Below are positions 1-12,785 of a stretch of DNA of 64,000 nucleotides, piece by piece. A program made the position numbers and the translations under genes. The notes under the pieces are model-generated. The model ran no database searches, had not been told where the DNA came from, and worked only from the letters and a program-made list of their open reading frames with translations. The DNA comes from Klebsormidium nitens. Taxonomy: Eukaryota > Plantae > Klebsormidiophyceae. The stretch's first letter is position 1. Each line of letters opens with the position of its first letter. The stretch lies in contig DF237344.1 in assembly GCA_000708835.1 (NCBI GenBank), positions 22,648 through 86,647 of the forward strand, written 5' to 3'.

Positions 1-264
1 GGCAGGGCGCCTCAATTCCTGATTCGAGCGTGCCCACATTTCATCACATGCCGAGCCCGGGCAACTTAGCAATCCAATCCTTCCGCCCCGGGGCACCGGC
101 TGCAACGTTTTTGTATGGCGCGTGAATACGGGCGGCGATCGGACCGCAAGGTCTTGAGTAAAGTTGGAGAGATCCCTTGCAAAAGAAAACAATACAGCGA
201 CGACGTAGCTCTCGACCTGTCCCTCAACTGAAGATTTGACATTGCAAGAGGATTGCAAGCATCA

Positions 265-810
265 GTACTAGAAGCATGCAATATATAGGCGCTTTATCCT
301 ACGTTGAGCTTTTACTGAGCATCTCCTTATGCAAGCTTATCGTCCAGCGAAAAGAGACGTACAATCTTTACCAGCCAGCCGCATCGCGCTACTAGATATC
401 ACTAAGCTGCATGACGGCTTGTCGGCTTCCAGCTTCTTGATCTGCAGCGTAGTGGTGCGTACGAGCGGCGGGCCGCCTGGCGACCAACTGCGAACCACGC
501 GCGCCATAAGTTAAGGACCGTTTACATCCGTCCGATGGAATTGTCAGACCGTACGGTTTATCGTGCGGCCGGGAAATGATAGAATATCAAAATCCATTTT
601 GCCTGTCGTTGACTTTCGTGGCGAATCTACCGTACGGTGTACCTGTCAAGGTACCGTACGGTATGCAAATTGCCGGACTCTCTGTGTCGACATATTGCGG
701 AAGGTCATGATTGGAAGCGAAGCTTCGCATATGGGTCGTTCTTTCCTGGAACTGTTCACTCACGGAAATGTCTTCTCCAATGCTCTCTCCAGCTTCCAAC
801 CGTCTAGTAC
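265..810. promoter_or_regulatory. GTAC-core cluster with three ACCGTACGGT palindromes upstream of the GMC gene
   Basis: GTAC at 265, 359, 459, 551, 632, 639, 651, 656 and 807. ACCGTACGGT at 548-557, 629-638 and 653-662. The regulatory role is inferred. Confidence 0.4.
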
Positions 811-1208
811 ATACTACCTCGAAGTTTCATATTGACGTCGCCCTAAGAGCAGCATTCCAAAGGACGATCGAGTGGTTCTCCACCGCACTTATATTCTGAG
901 CTTCGTCGCCTCATCCATCACAAAAACTTGCCCACGATCTACACTTACCTGAACTGCCTTCTCCCATTTTTGCGCTAAGATTACTCTTTCGCCTCAACAA
1001 GCTTGCGCTCCGCCGAAGCGCGCCATCTGTGTGGCCAGCAATTCACATAGCACGTAGTCCCGTTTCACCAGCAAGTTAATCTCCACGCATTGACCGGTAG
1101 AAGAGCCCATTAGGAGCTAACAAAGGTTATAGTAGGTGTCGGTGTCATCGCGTTTCCTGTGTTGGAAAGCAGCGCGAACCTGATTTTATAGCACCTGGGG
1201 ATGAAGCC

Positions 1209-4200
1209 ATGGGGACGCCTTCTAGTGGTGAGGCCGATGGCCCAATGCATGGGGCACCCAATTGCAGTGCAGGTAAGCCACTCTACATCAACGTATCGGC
1301 TCCAAATGGCCTTGGACGTATTGGCCTTGAATTGGCTTTTTGGACGGGTTAAGCACGAGCCCTAGCTTCTGGTCTTAGGCTTCACTAGGCATGTTTTCGA
1401 ATCCCTGCCATGTCAAGAATTGGATTCAGACTCCAAATAATCCATTGCTTTTCTGTGTTGCAGATTGCAATGGGGCAGTCGAAGGTAAGCTGCTCTTCCT
1501 GTCGTTGGTGCGGTCAAGACATGCTTTAAAGGCATGCCAATCGGATTGAGAATTGATCTTCAGGGGTTTCAGAGTCAAGAGGCGCAATTGCATGACAACA
1601 ACTTTCAATGTCAAAGAGTTTGTCCCCGACATGAAGTTGGCAATTGCGCTTAATCATGAAGTAATCAGGATGACTCGAACCTCTTGAGGCACAACAGAGT
1701 AATCCCTTTGCTTCTAGACCCTATGCATTTGGCATCTGTCTTTCTGTATCACTTCGTCTATCATACTCAAACAAGATACTTAGATCTTCTGCCGGAACGC
1801 GAGGAAACTTACAAGTCACCTAGTCCGGCGTCAGATATTGTCGTCCTTAGGATTAACTGAAAGATTCTGCGGCTGTGTTAGCGTTTAAAATTTCTTGACA
1901 TATCGCAAAATCGCTCTTATCTTGTACATCAATCAGCTGTGTCCTGTTCAGGCGGCTATACGACGGGGTTGAACATAGTCCCGACCGAAAAGCTAGAAGC
2001 TGTCTCAAACACAAAGTATGACTACATCGTAGTCGGAGGAGGTGCGGGGGGCATCCCCCTCGCGGCCGCCTTGGCCGAAGACAAGAGCCTTAGAATCTTA
2101 CTGCTGGAAAGAGGGGCGTCACGGGACGAACATCCGGAAACGCGGGTGAGTAACTGTACTTTGAAAACCCATTTCATACTTTTTCAGGTGCGTTGTAGCA
2201 TGCACACGGCTATCGTCAGCAGGTGCTTTGAATTTCCCAAACGTTTGTAAGGCTTTGGTCAGCGATCCTGGGCTGTTGAATCAGAAGCAAAGCTTTTACG
2301 GATTTAGTATGAGTCTGAGTTCAGGAGCACAACCAAACCCGTTCTAATGTGGTGATCCTTTTCGTGCAGATGCAAAGCAAATGGGTCGACCTGGCCAAGA
2401 CCGGCGCTGTCGAGTTGCTGCGCACTGAGAGCGGCGTATGGTCTGCCCGGGGCAATGTAAGGGTCCTAAGATCCTTAATAACGGTTAACGAGGTTGTTAA
2501 TTAAACGAGATCAGCTTCACGAAGCTTTCGGAGATGAGCTTCCTCTCGAGCTGGTTCTCGAACTTCTTCTCCCAAGCTTCTTGAGCCCTTCGGATTCTCT
2601 GGATCTCCGAAGCTGGTTTGCCCAGGTGATTGTCAGTAGATCGTTCGTCCCTCTTATTGTTGTGAACTTCTGGATTTTAGTACTGCTTTTGAAGAGAAAC
2701 GGTTTCTGTATCCCCAAGTGTAACCATATCAATCTGAGATAGAAGACATTGAAGTATCGCGAACAGTGTGCCCGGGATGACCGTACGAGAGCCGGGCTCT
2801 GCCAAGAAACTCAAGAATCACTTAAAGTGTCCCAGATCAGAAATCGCTTAGACTCAATCGTAAAACAGCCCACACCCATTCTCAAGTAGCCCGAACTCTC
2901 CTTTAACCAGGTTTTGGGCGGCGGAACCGCGGTCAACATTGGATTTTGGGGCCACGCCAGCCCGGACAACATCAAAGCGGAGGGCTGGGACGCTGAGGCT
3001 ATGCAAAGCGCGTATGCGTATCTGGGCGCCCGGTTGTCTTTCCCGGGCACTGTGGGACCGGTGCAGGAGCTGATCCAGGAGGCGTGGCAGGAAGTAGGAG
3101 TCGGGTCATTCAACGGAGTGACCCCGGAGCATGTCGTGAGTTTCATCCCGTTCTTTTCTTTCCTTGCTTTCATTGACCGGTCTGAAGTTGTAATCAAATC
3201 TACCTCTCTATGTCTGCATTGGCCTTGCAAGTTTACAAGTTACACTAGGGAGCAGCTATGAAGGCCGTTTTGGCGGCGGAAAGTGATGATTTGTTCGGCC
3301 CTCGTCTGCCATTTATAAGGGATTGCGTGAGCAAGACAGGCTCCATTCACACCGTCGCCGAGAGTACACTCACTTTGCGCAATCGATATCATATGGAGAA
3401 TCGAGAAGCATTCCAAAAAGAAACGGGATCCACGGTTCGTGCTTGCAGCCCGGCGTGAAGACGGTCATGCTGACGTTCAATTCGGACGGCGTCCGACACG
3501 CTGCGGACGAGCTGCTGGTGGGGGTCAAGAACGTCGACATCGTCACTCGAGCGCTGGTGTCCGGAGTCTGCTTCTCCGATGACGATGGTAAGCCGTTCAC
3601 TTAGGCCGCAGACGAAGTGCAGAACCACCGAATGGCATGGGGCCGACTCGCAGCGTTTTGCCGTTCAGGAAAAACGCTTCAGATGTCTTGTTTGTGATAA
3701 GTGTGTTGTGGGCTGCCAAGAACCAGGTATGGGACCCCGTCCTGACAGGATTCAACTTCCAGGCTGTATCCTTCGATCTGGAGTTCTTTTGTTCAAATGT
3801 TACGGTAGCACTGCCATTACGAAGATCTCGACGTTCCGCGATATATGTGCCTTTGAGCCGTCGCTCAAGCTCCGTCATGAGGATTGACATTGAGCGGAAA
3901 GTGTGAGAGCTCACCGGTGGTCCTCTGAACCAATGAGATGGCTTCAGCCGATCACGTGGGCTTTAGGATTACGGTTGGATCGATTGCACAGACTTCTCTA
4001 CTAACCTTTTGCATGCGTTTGCAGTACTGAAAGAGTTCCGACTGCTGTTTTGCAGGCGACCTGACGGCGATCGGGGTCGAATTCGAGGGCGCGGACGGCG
4101 TGCCCCGTCACGCTCACGTCATTCCCGCGGGGGGTGAGGTCATCCTGTGCGCGGGCGCGGTGGGTACCCCCCAGCTGCTCGCGCTCAGCGGAATCGGACC

Positions 4201-5592
4201 GGAACCGGCGCTCCGGGGCCTCGGCATAACCCCCCGGGTCAACCTCCCTGTCGGGCTTAACCTCGCGGATAACCCGCTTGTCGGGCTGCTAATCCAGTTG
4301 GGCGACTTCCCCAGGGAGCGGGGCCTGGCCTCAGTCGCCGGCATAACGGGGCAGCACATCCACCTGGCGATGGTCGGGGAGAAAGCGGCGACGGGGGGAA
4401 TAGCCTGGGGGATCGTGCCCGACTTACCGCCCCGGTTGCGAACCCCCGAAACCCTGGCAGCGATGGCAGCCGCGGTGGAGGCGCTCTCGCCGGATGACCG
4501 GGAGCAGCTCACTCGGGCGGTGCTGGTCTTAGTCAAGGTAGGGGGCTTTGGATGCAAAGATGATCATTCTGAGAAGCCTTGCGGCCGTAGCTAGTCGTGT
4601 AAGCAGCGACTTGGATTGCGTACGCCCAATATTGATTTTGCGAGCGCGGAAATGCTGAAGAAGAGGAACCGGTCTGACTTTGACAAAGCGATTCTGCCAG
4701 GCGAAGGTGTGTGGCAAGGAACCGGGCGGTAAAGCCGAGGATATCAACTGCGAAAGACGGAAAGGTTGCTTTTCCGGCATGCCTTAATGGTGACCGGAGT
4801 GTTGGAGTTTATACGAGGCAGCGACTACGTCTTTGCGTGTCTGTCACAGACTTTATGCCTTCTTGTCACCTTTGTGTGCTGCTTTGCTTCTGAACGAGGT
4901 TTAAACTTCCTTCGAAAGCGAGGTCATCAAGACCATTGCTTGTCCTCTCGAAAGCGACAAGGGTCCTTCACTTACAAGATTGCAGTCATGGACGATCGCT
5001 AATATGTGCATCCATTTGGACCGCCTTCACCTGAGAGGGGTCTCAAAACTTACAGACTGAAAGGCGGAAACTCCTTCGTTCCTTGCAGGCCTACCGGGTT
5101 AAGTCCCGGGGCAGCGTAACCCTCCGATCAACCGACCCCCGCGCGCAGCCGGCGGTCGACCTCGCCCATTTCCAGCACCCTGATGACGTCACCGACGGCA
5201 TTGCTGCCATCAGCGTTCTGAGATCGATCCTTGGTTCCCAAACCCTGAACCCCTGGAAGTGCGACACGGTCCCCGACGCGCTCCTGCGGCTCGTCCCCGG
5301 CCTGGCCGCCATCCCCCCGGGGCAGTTTCCCGGGGCGCTCCCTTTCCTCCCGGACGAAGCAGACGCCGCCACGTGGCTCAAAGACAAGGTGGTCACGTGC
5401 TGGCACACGCACGGCACGTGCCGGGTGGGCGAGGTGGTGGACACGTGGCACCGCGTGAAGGGCGTGAGGGCGCTGCGCGTCATGGATGCGTCGGTCCTGA
5501 GGGACTGCCCGGGGACCAGTCCGATGGCGACGATCATGGCGCTGGGCAGGGTTTTGGGGCTGCGGATGTGCGCGGAGCGGCCGCGCCGCTGA
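1209..5592 (+). CDS. GMC oxidoreductase, HOTHEAD/mandelonitrile-lyase-like; 8 exons, about 571 aa
   Basis: Exons 1209-1272, 1464-1484, 1952-2145, 2370-2456, 2911-3135, 3449-3587, 4056-4537 and 5089-5592 are all GT-AG and phase-consistent. Motifs: FAD-binding YDYIVVGGGAGG, ARGN|VLGGGTAVN across an intron, EVILCAGAVGTPQLLALSGIGP, WHTHGTC and LRVMDAS. The first two exons are the least certain. Confidence 0.9.
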
Positions 5593-7280
5593 GCCGAAGA
5601 GAGGACAAATCGACGGAACGAATGCTGACCGACTCGTTTGTGGTGTTCAAGATGCCGCTGGAAACGGATCTGCTTTAGATAGATGTTGCGTTCGTCAGAT
5701 AAAAGTTTGTCACTTGTGGGTTTGTTTCTGTAGAATTGCAAGTTGGAGTTGGTTTGGCTACGGCAGAGTACGATAACAAGCCGCGCGGTGGGTTCTTTCC
5801 TATCAGTGCCGCCTTGAGGCTTTTAGGAAGCACCATGCACATGAGGTGATCTTGAAGGCTTTTGGGGGGGTTGTTTGGCCTTGCAAAGTGTGTGTCCTCC
5901 AGAGGACCCCTGGATTTCAAACTTTTGATCGAACAGTGTGAAGGCAAAGTCGTTTTCTACGGCTCGAGAACATTGATCCCCGCGAGCGATGGGTATGTTT
6001 CAGCACACATTGAAACGGGCACTTTGAATGATAACTTAGAGCTTTGATTCAGAACTGCCTGGTGGGCATGTAGACCTCGAGATGGATGGAAGTACAATAC
6101 GGGACGTTGTCAAGCTAGATTGTCGACTTTCATCGGATAGTATATGTGTGACATGATGGAGATTGCGGACGGTCCTTGCCATCGGGTTGTCGAGTGCAAG
6201 CTAGGCCTTTTCTCAACGGTCGCGTCTGATCCGCATGGCAAAGGGCACCGCGAAGAAAGGCATGTTGCTGACTCTGCGGCCAGGCGTCTTATAGCCTACA
6301 TTTATCAGGTGTAAGCGCGGTGGCCAAGCGACATATGCAGTGATAACCTGCAACACGAAATGCAGCCGGTGCACTCTACTTGTCGCGAAGCTGTCTCTCA
6401 GCACTTGAACTTTGTAATCGCACCATGACTCTTTCGCAATGTTTGAAGAGTGAGCAGCCTGGCAGCTGTAGATCCTGTGCGGACGATCCAAGCCTGCCGG
6501 CTGATCCATGCGCAGATGTCTACTTTTTCAAGCTGCATGGATCGGAATATCGAAACGCCTCTAATTCCGAGGATCTAGTCTGGCATGTGAAACACAAACG
6601 CGTACGGTATAGCCCTGGCCTTTTGCACGTCCATTATAGCGCATGAGGTCCGCCGACTCGCATGGCAATTAAATATCGCAGTAGCTCGACCCACCAGATT
6701 CGAAAACACTTCAAGCTAGCTCGTAGACAATTGGCTCCAGCACGATCCGAAAACGGATGACGCCGGATTTAATATGCCACCAGAGGCGCCCGCGGTGGCA
6801 AAGTCAGCACTTGCCAGGTTTTTGTTCCATGCATATGCTTGATCGGCAAGTGCACGTACTACGAGCTGAGAGGAGTACTACTACGATTCTGAGGATCACA
6901 TGTGGACATTATGCTCAGCTCAAAGTGGCCAGCGGGCACGTCGTCAAATTCCATGCAGGGCATTCAGCTGGAAGCCTTGAAAGCTAAAAGGTTGATTGAG
7001 CTGTGCATACATGTAAGCTGCTATCTAATCATTCAGACTTGATGCTCTGCGTCATTGCAATCCCATACTGCTCACGAGTCAAGTCAACGACGAACGTCAT
7101 CAGCTGCACTGATTAATACAAAACTTATCGTTCGATCTCTAGTATTAGATTGCCTCATCACGTGAAGGCAAGCTCATGAGCGAGTAGACCTCACCTTGCG
7201 CTCATTTTCAAATGAAAGCGAAGGTCCTGATCAACCACGGTCCTCGCCCACACTCAGAAGCTAACTGCAAATCCCTCCGT

Positions 7281-10200
7281 TCAAATCAAAGAGTCATCTT
7301 CGTCTTTGAGATCGTAGTACTTGTTGCTCTTGGGGTCGTAAAAGCATTTGAGGATGGGGTCGAAGAGCAGATCCATGTCCTCCGGCCTCATCGTCAAGTT
7401 AAGGGCAGCAATCGACGCCGGCCGACTTCGCGGGTTATTCTCCTGGGCTGCCGGGTTCGTGACGTCAGCAGGAACCGTGTCTGCGCTGGGACTGACGTCA
7501 GCGGCTGCCGTCCACTCGGACAGGCTGGTCTCGACCTCGGACGTCCGCCTGCTGACGTTACCAGTCCTCTTTGCCCTGGACGCTGGATCCAGCCCCGCTG
7601 GCTGCCGGGGATCCCTCGAAGATCGCGGGCCACTTCTGTTGCTGACACGTGGCGCCAGACTCTCTCTCAAGCTGCTTCTGCTGCTGCCACGTGTAAGTGA
7701 GCCGCTCACGTCAGCAGCTCTGTCGTTGCCGCCGTGCCCCGATCTGCTGTTACTCGTTCTCCTCCGGCCGGAAAGACCTCTAAAGCTTCGCCGCTCGGCA
7801 CTGAGGCTCGGGCCGCCCTCGGAACCCTCTAAGCTTCCCAGGCTGCTCCGCACGTCGTCCTCCGCTTCCCAATCGATGCTCGGCGGCCGTTTCTCTGCCC
7901 CCAGAGCTTTTGCCATCCCCGATCCCCTGAAAAGCCTTTCGCTTTCCTCCTGTTCCTCAGTCACCAAACTTCGACTGCCCCGTAACCCCGCAGATATTCT
8001 TTCGCCTTTCCTTTCTTCACTACTTCGTAGATCTCCGGAAACACGCCCCCACCCCCCGCTTTCCTTACTCAGCGGGCTGTTCCTTTGGCTGCCTGCCCCC
8101 TCCCCTTTCTGCGCATTCCAGTCGTCTCTTCGCACCCTTTCCTGTGACGCCCTTGGAGTGACGTCACTGTCGTCACTCTCCTGGCTGTACCGGCTGTTCG
8201 ATCGGCGAGAGCGCCACGTGTCCTCCGAAGCGCGCCCGCTGCTGGCTGCCTCGTGGTGCACCTCAAAGTGCTCAATCACTCCAGTCTCGGAGTGCTTGTT
8301 CACACCACCGTCCTCACCGAAGCGCGCGTTCACACCACCCTCCTCTTCGGAGCGCTCGTTCACAGCAGTGTCTCTTCCCATGTGCTCGTTCACACCGGCC
8401 TCTCCACCAAAGCGCTCATTCACACCATCCTCCTCAATGGCGTCAGCTTCCAAACCCCCAGATCTCCCCGTCAGATCCCTTCGCCTACTCGCACTTTCCC
8501 AGGGCTCATTTACAACATCGTCCTCCAAGCGCCCATTCACACCTTCGTCTCTGCGCGCCTCATCCCACTCCTCCATCGCCGCCACCGCCAACAGTTTCTC
8601 CTCCCGCATCGTTTCGCGCTCGTCCACCCCCCCAAACTCTTCCTGTTCTCTACCCACCAGATCGAACGAAGGCTGAACCTCCGCCGTCTTTGCCTCGTCC
8701 CCCGACCCCCTCACGGAGCTTCTCCGGGAGAACCCGTCCGTTTTGCTGCGCCACAGTTCCGCCCGGGGGGAGTTCCGCGTGCCAGCTGTCAGCCCCGCCA
8801 GCTCCTTCTCCAGCTCAGCCAAAACGTCCCGGGCCTCTAAGCCTCGTTCCCGGGGTGAAGCGTCCCGTGGGGCCCTGTTTTCGGACGGCTCACCAACCTT
8901 TGGTTCCGAAAGAGGCGTCTCCACCCGTGACAGGGCCTCCCCTTCCTCGCTAAACCGCACGGTGCGCCGGCTGGATCCCCGGCTGCTTCTGCTATCATCA
9001 GCCGTCTCTTTTGGAGACTGTTCCAGCGGAAAGGATTTGTCGCGCTGCGCAGACATTTGCCCTCGCTCTAGTTTCTTTGCCTGCTTCCAATCCGCACTCA
9101 TGGAAGCGAGCAGAGTCTCTTCCGGCGTCTCGGTCCCCGCACCGTCTCCCCACGCAGTCACCGGACTCTCCGCTCGAACCGGAAGCTTCTTCGCGGCTTC
9201 TTTCTTGCTCGGACCCGGCACGTTGCCGGCTTTCCCTGCCTTTCCAGAAGGCGCAACCGCGTTCGGGGCCCCCGTTTTGCTCATTTCCGCTTTTCCCGGA
9301 ACTCGCCGTTTTGACGCGGGCGCCTCCGGCTCACTTGAGCGCTCCGTCGGGCTCCACTCCTCGCCTGCGTCGTCCTCCTCCGCTGATGCCACGTGACCGT
9401 TTCTCTTCGGCGCTTTCAGCTCCTGCGCGCTCGCTTTCCGACTCGAAGGCAACCGCTCGCTCTTCTCCCCTTTCTTAACGGCGCCCTGCGGGGCTTCAAC
9501 CCCACCACTTCTGTGCGACAAGTCGACATTGGAAGGGACCACGATCAACGGAGCCGGGGGAACGGCCGTCCGCGATCCAAAGGCCACGTGGGTGCTCCCT
9601 GAGAGCCGTTTTGCGCCCCCCTTCGTCGAGAGGGGGTCCTCCGAGCTCAGCCGCTTGGCCGACGCCGTCTCTGCGAGCGCCCCCCTGATGCGAGACGCGT
9701 TGAGAACTTGGTTCTTGTACTGGACGCCTGTCGGATAGTCCAGGCTGGAGGGGACGGGTTCTCCCACAAACGAGGGGTCGGCGGAGTCGATCGGCTGCTG
9801 GCGAAGAGTGAAGATCTTGCGCAGCCGGCACACGCTCCCAAGGACCAGAACGTCTAGCGACCTGTGTGGGATGGGTATGGAGGAGTGAGTCTTTAGCTGA
9901 CTTAATGTGAACGAGCTCACAATTTGTCGACTTTCGAAGCCTGATCAAGGGTGTTGTTTGTTGCCTGCGATGGATAGAAAGTGATACACGATGATGCTTG
10001 GACTCTATCAAGGTCCGTTGCAAAGGTCGGTCGAAGTGGAGGGCTCGCAAATGTGCAAGAGTTTTAAGCTTGAGACGTACGCAAAAGTAGACAATTGAGA
10101 TGTCTCACATGAAGTCCAAGGTATTGAACAGCAGAGGAGACTGGGCGTTTGACTAAAGCTGACACCTTAGTTTTGCAGATCATGTTCTTTTCTTTAGTTT

Positions 10201-11472
10201 ACCACTGCAGGAAGCACAGATTTCAAGTCTCAGCGGGCGAACTGCAGTTGGTAAAGAACGGTTCCGGCCAAGCGCTTGGTTCAGTGTGACAATCTTCACC
10301 ACATTCTTTGGGCAACATAATCCCGATCACTGATTCTGATAAGCTTCTGAATGGTGACAGATCGCCCTTTTTCGCTGCTTCACATGCCTGGATAGAAGCA
10401 GTGGTGACCAATCTAAGAATACAACCAAAACCTATTTGACTGACTAAAGATGGTCCAAAAAACGGCGTGCGTATCTCCACCTCCGCTATCTCTGTTTTCC
10501 TGAGTGAATTGGCCGAGCTCGATTTTTACCTCTCGAATTGCTTTCACTTGTGATTCGTTTCTCATGTGCATGAGTCATGGAAGTTTGTTACGGAAAGCGG
10601 CTCACCTGTAGGTGAGGCCCCGGAAGCAAGCGCCAAAGAGATCGACCAGGTCAAAGGCGAGGTTCAGCCAGACATCTCTTTCCAGGGCGGTTAGAGGGAC
10701 TTGGCAGTGCAGCGGCGTCGTCTTGACTTCGTGGAACGCTGTGGAGAAGTAGAGCTTCCTCTTTGAACCGCTGCTATCAGTAACCTGCAGGGAGCAGGAA
10801 ATGTTGAGCAATGAGAAAAGAAACGTCGAGATTCACTCTTCTGACGTAAACATCGAGATTCATTCTTCTGACGTAACTCAAGTGCGTAGCGAGAGACTGA
10901 AGGAGGTCCTGTGCAAGAGAGCAAGTGACTGAAGCAAAGCCGGCACTCGATTCCCAAAGGTCAAGATGCACGAGAGTACAGCTAGCTCCTGCAGTCAGAA
11001 CATCGAGTTGGGAACCCGTTTCAAGTACAATTGTGGGCAAGTTTACCACAGAGCAAATGTGGACTGATACGCTGGTCAATGAACTGCCTGCAGACAGCAG
11101 CTCCCCTTCTTGCTTGCGACTGCAAGAACAGCATGCACAGGACCAAGTAGTATAACACTTTCGGCTCAAATTCGCATGGTTTCGGAAGCTTACCCCAAGC
11201 TCAATGGCGAAATGCTGCCCTGCAGGGGCATAGATTTGCAACACCAGAAACTGCTGCAGGAAGTGGAGGGGCGACTTCCTCTCGTCTTTCGGTAGCTGGA
11301 GCTTGGAAGCTGCTCCAGTGAGGGTGTAGACGTAACCCTTGACTGTCTTCTCGTACACCTTTTGCACGCCCTTCTCGCCCGACAGTTTGCAGTTGACCAA
11401 CGGGTTACTCCCGCTGCTCGAGAAGGCCTCCACGAAGGGGCCTCCTTGGTAGGACGACGCAGAGGCCACCAT
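7281..11472 (-). CDS. CFAP20DC: CFAP20-domain-containing (C3orf67/DUF667-like) ciliary protein; 3 exons, about 1012 aa
   Basis: Exons 11472-11194, 10784-10606 and 9861-7281 are phase-consistent. The N-terminus YQGGPFVEAFSSSGSNP...FLVLQIY...RKLYFSTAFHEVKTTPLHCQVP...CRLRKIFTL and the C-terminus DLLFDPILKCFYDPKSNKYYDL match the C3orf67 family signatures. The middle is long and disordered. Confidence 0.9.
8298..8435 (-). repeat. 30-bp coding tandem repeat, about 5 units, encoding (G/A)VN(E/A/K)(R/H)
   Basis: (g/a)ttcaca recurs at 30-bp spacing. The translation reads GVNERFGGEA GVNEHMGRDT AVNERSEEEG GVNARFGEDG GVNKH. Confidence 0.8.
10821..10874. repeat. 27-bp direct tandem duplication in CFAP20DC intron 1
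   Basis: aaacgtcgagattcactcttctgacgt followed by aaacatcgagattcattcttctgacgt (2 mismatches). Confidence 0.85.
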
Positions 11473-11929
11473 GGCTCCGAAAGCAAGACGGTCAGGCTCT
11501 AATTACGTTTCGAGGTTCGCGTGGGAAGCTGTGAGCGTAACGTGCTGCATCCTGCTTCTCAGAGCGAGCCCCACAATGTTTTTTAGGGAACCATGTGCAT
11601 TGAACACGAGCGTTCAAGATGTGGGTGACACTGCAGGGCAAACTCTCTAAGAATTCGTGGTTTCTTAAACGCTTGTGCTGCTCGCTCTCGAAGGAAGAGC
11701 TTTTTTCTGCACTCGGCATCTGCAATTCAGAAGTTCTTGAGCTGGCCAGAGAATCTCGACATAGCTGCAACTAGCTTGGAACCCTAATTCGCCTTCCTTT
11801 TCTGCGCGCAGCTCCGCGCGCGCGGCTGATAGATGGTTAAATTGATTTGTTGGTTACGCTTGAACCCAGTCTTAACAGCTCGAAGAGAAGCCGTTTCCTG
11901 CCACGTAAGGGTAGAGTCATTTTGAAAGT

Positions 11930-12286
11930 GGTACCCCCCCATAATTCTATGGGGGTGGGGGGCCCCAGTGGACCAAGATGCNNNNNNNNNNNNNNNNNNN
12001 NNNNNNNNNNNNNNNNNNNNNNNNNNNNNNNNNNNNNNNNNNNNNNNNNNNNNNNNNNNNNNNNNNNNNNNNNNNNNNNNNNNNNNNNNNNNNNNNNNNN
12101 NNNNNNNNNNNNNNNNNNNNNNNNNNNNNNNNNNNNNNNNNNNNNNNNNNNNNNNNNNNNNNNNNNNNNNNNNNNNNNNNNNNNNNNNNNNNNNNNNNNN
12201 NNNNNNNNNNNNNNNNNNNNNNNNNNNNNNGGGCCTTAGGAAAACACCCCCTTGAAAAATGGTCGATAGAATTATGGGGGGGTACC
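11930..12286. mobile_element. Probable TIR DNA transposon or MITE spanning the assembly gap
   Basis: Perfect 21-bp inverted repeat: GGTACCCCCCCATAATTCTAT (11930-11950) and ATAGAATTATGGGGGGGTACC (12266-12286) on either side of the N run. The ends are compatible with a TA or GTAC target duplication. Confidence 0.6.
11982..12230. other. Assembly gap (N run); true length unknown
   Basis: Run of 249 N. Confidence 1.
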
Positions 12287-12785
12287 GGTTACAAGATGAC
12301 GGTACCCTAAGTTCGGCTCGGTTCGATGGTCTCAGAACAGCTTCTCAATATCTTAACCCGAGACCCACATTACATATGTGCTCGAGACTTGTTGTCGGGA
12401 GGCTGAACCGAGGGCCAGTATGACATTGATACATGACTGTTGAAACTTATAATCACAGTAGCCGGTAGTGTACCCCGGGCATAAGGGGAACGAAGTAAGT
12501 AGTTGGTCAACGCAAAGAGCCATGAAGCCAGATCCGGTTGCAATCTGGAAACCGCAGCAACTCCTTCCAACCAGCCATCCTTGCAGCTCAGAAGGCGCAC
12601 TTCTCTGAGTTGCTCGTTGACATAGTCATTGAACGGAGTTTCTCAGCTGAGAGTCAAAAGCTTTTGCCATTGGAACCACCTTTCAGCCTTTCCTGCACTC
12701 CTTCTCGCCACCTCCTTCTCTCCGCTTTCAAACGACCCAACTTGCGGGCTCTTGCGCATTGCTTGTGCTCAGATCATCTCGCAAG

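Noticed and set aside
7348-9396. Long + strand ORFs (442 aa, 217 aa and others) opposite CFAP20DC; similar antisense ORFs opposite the FKBP, LEA, PLAC8 and 50-54 kb genes
   Set aside because: These are Ser/Pro/Arg-rich mirror frames expected antisense to GC3-rich coding exons, with no motifs or splice support.
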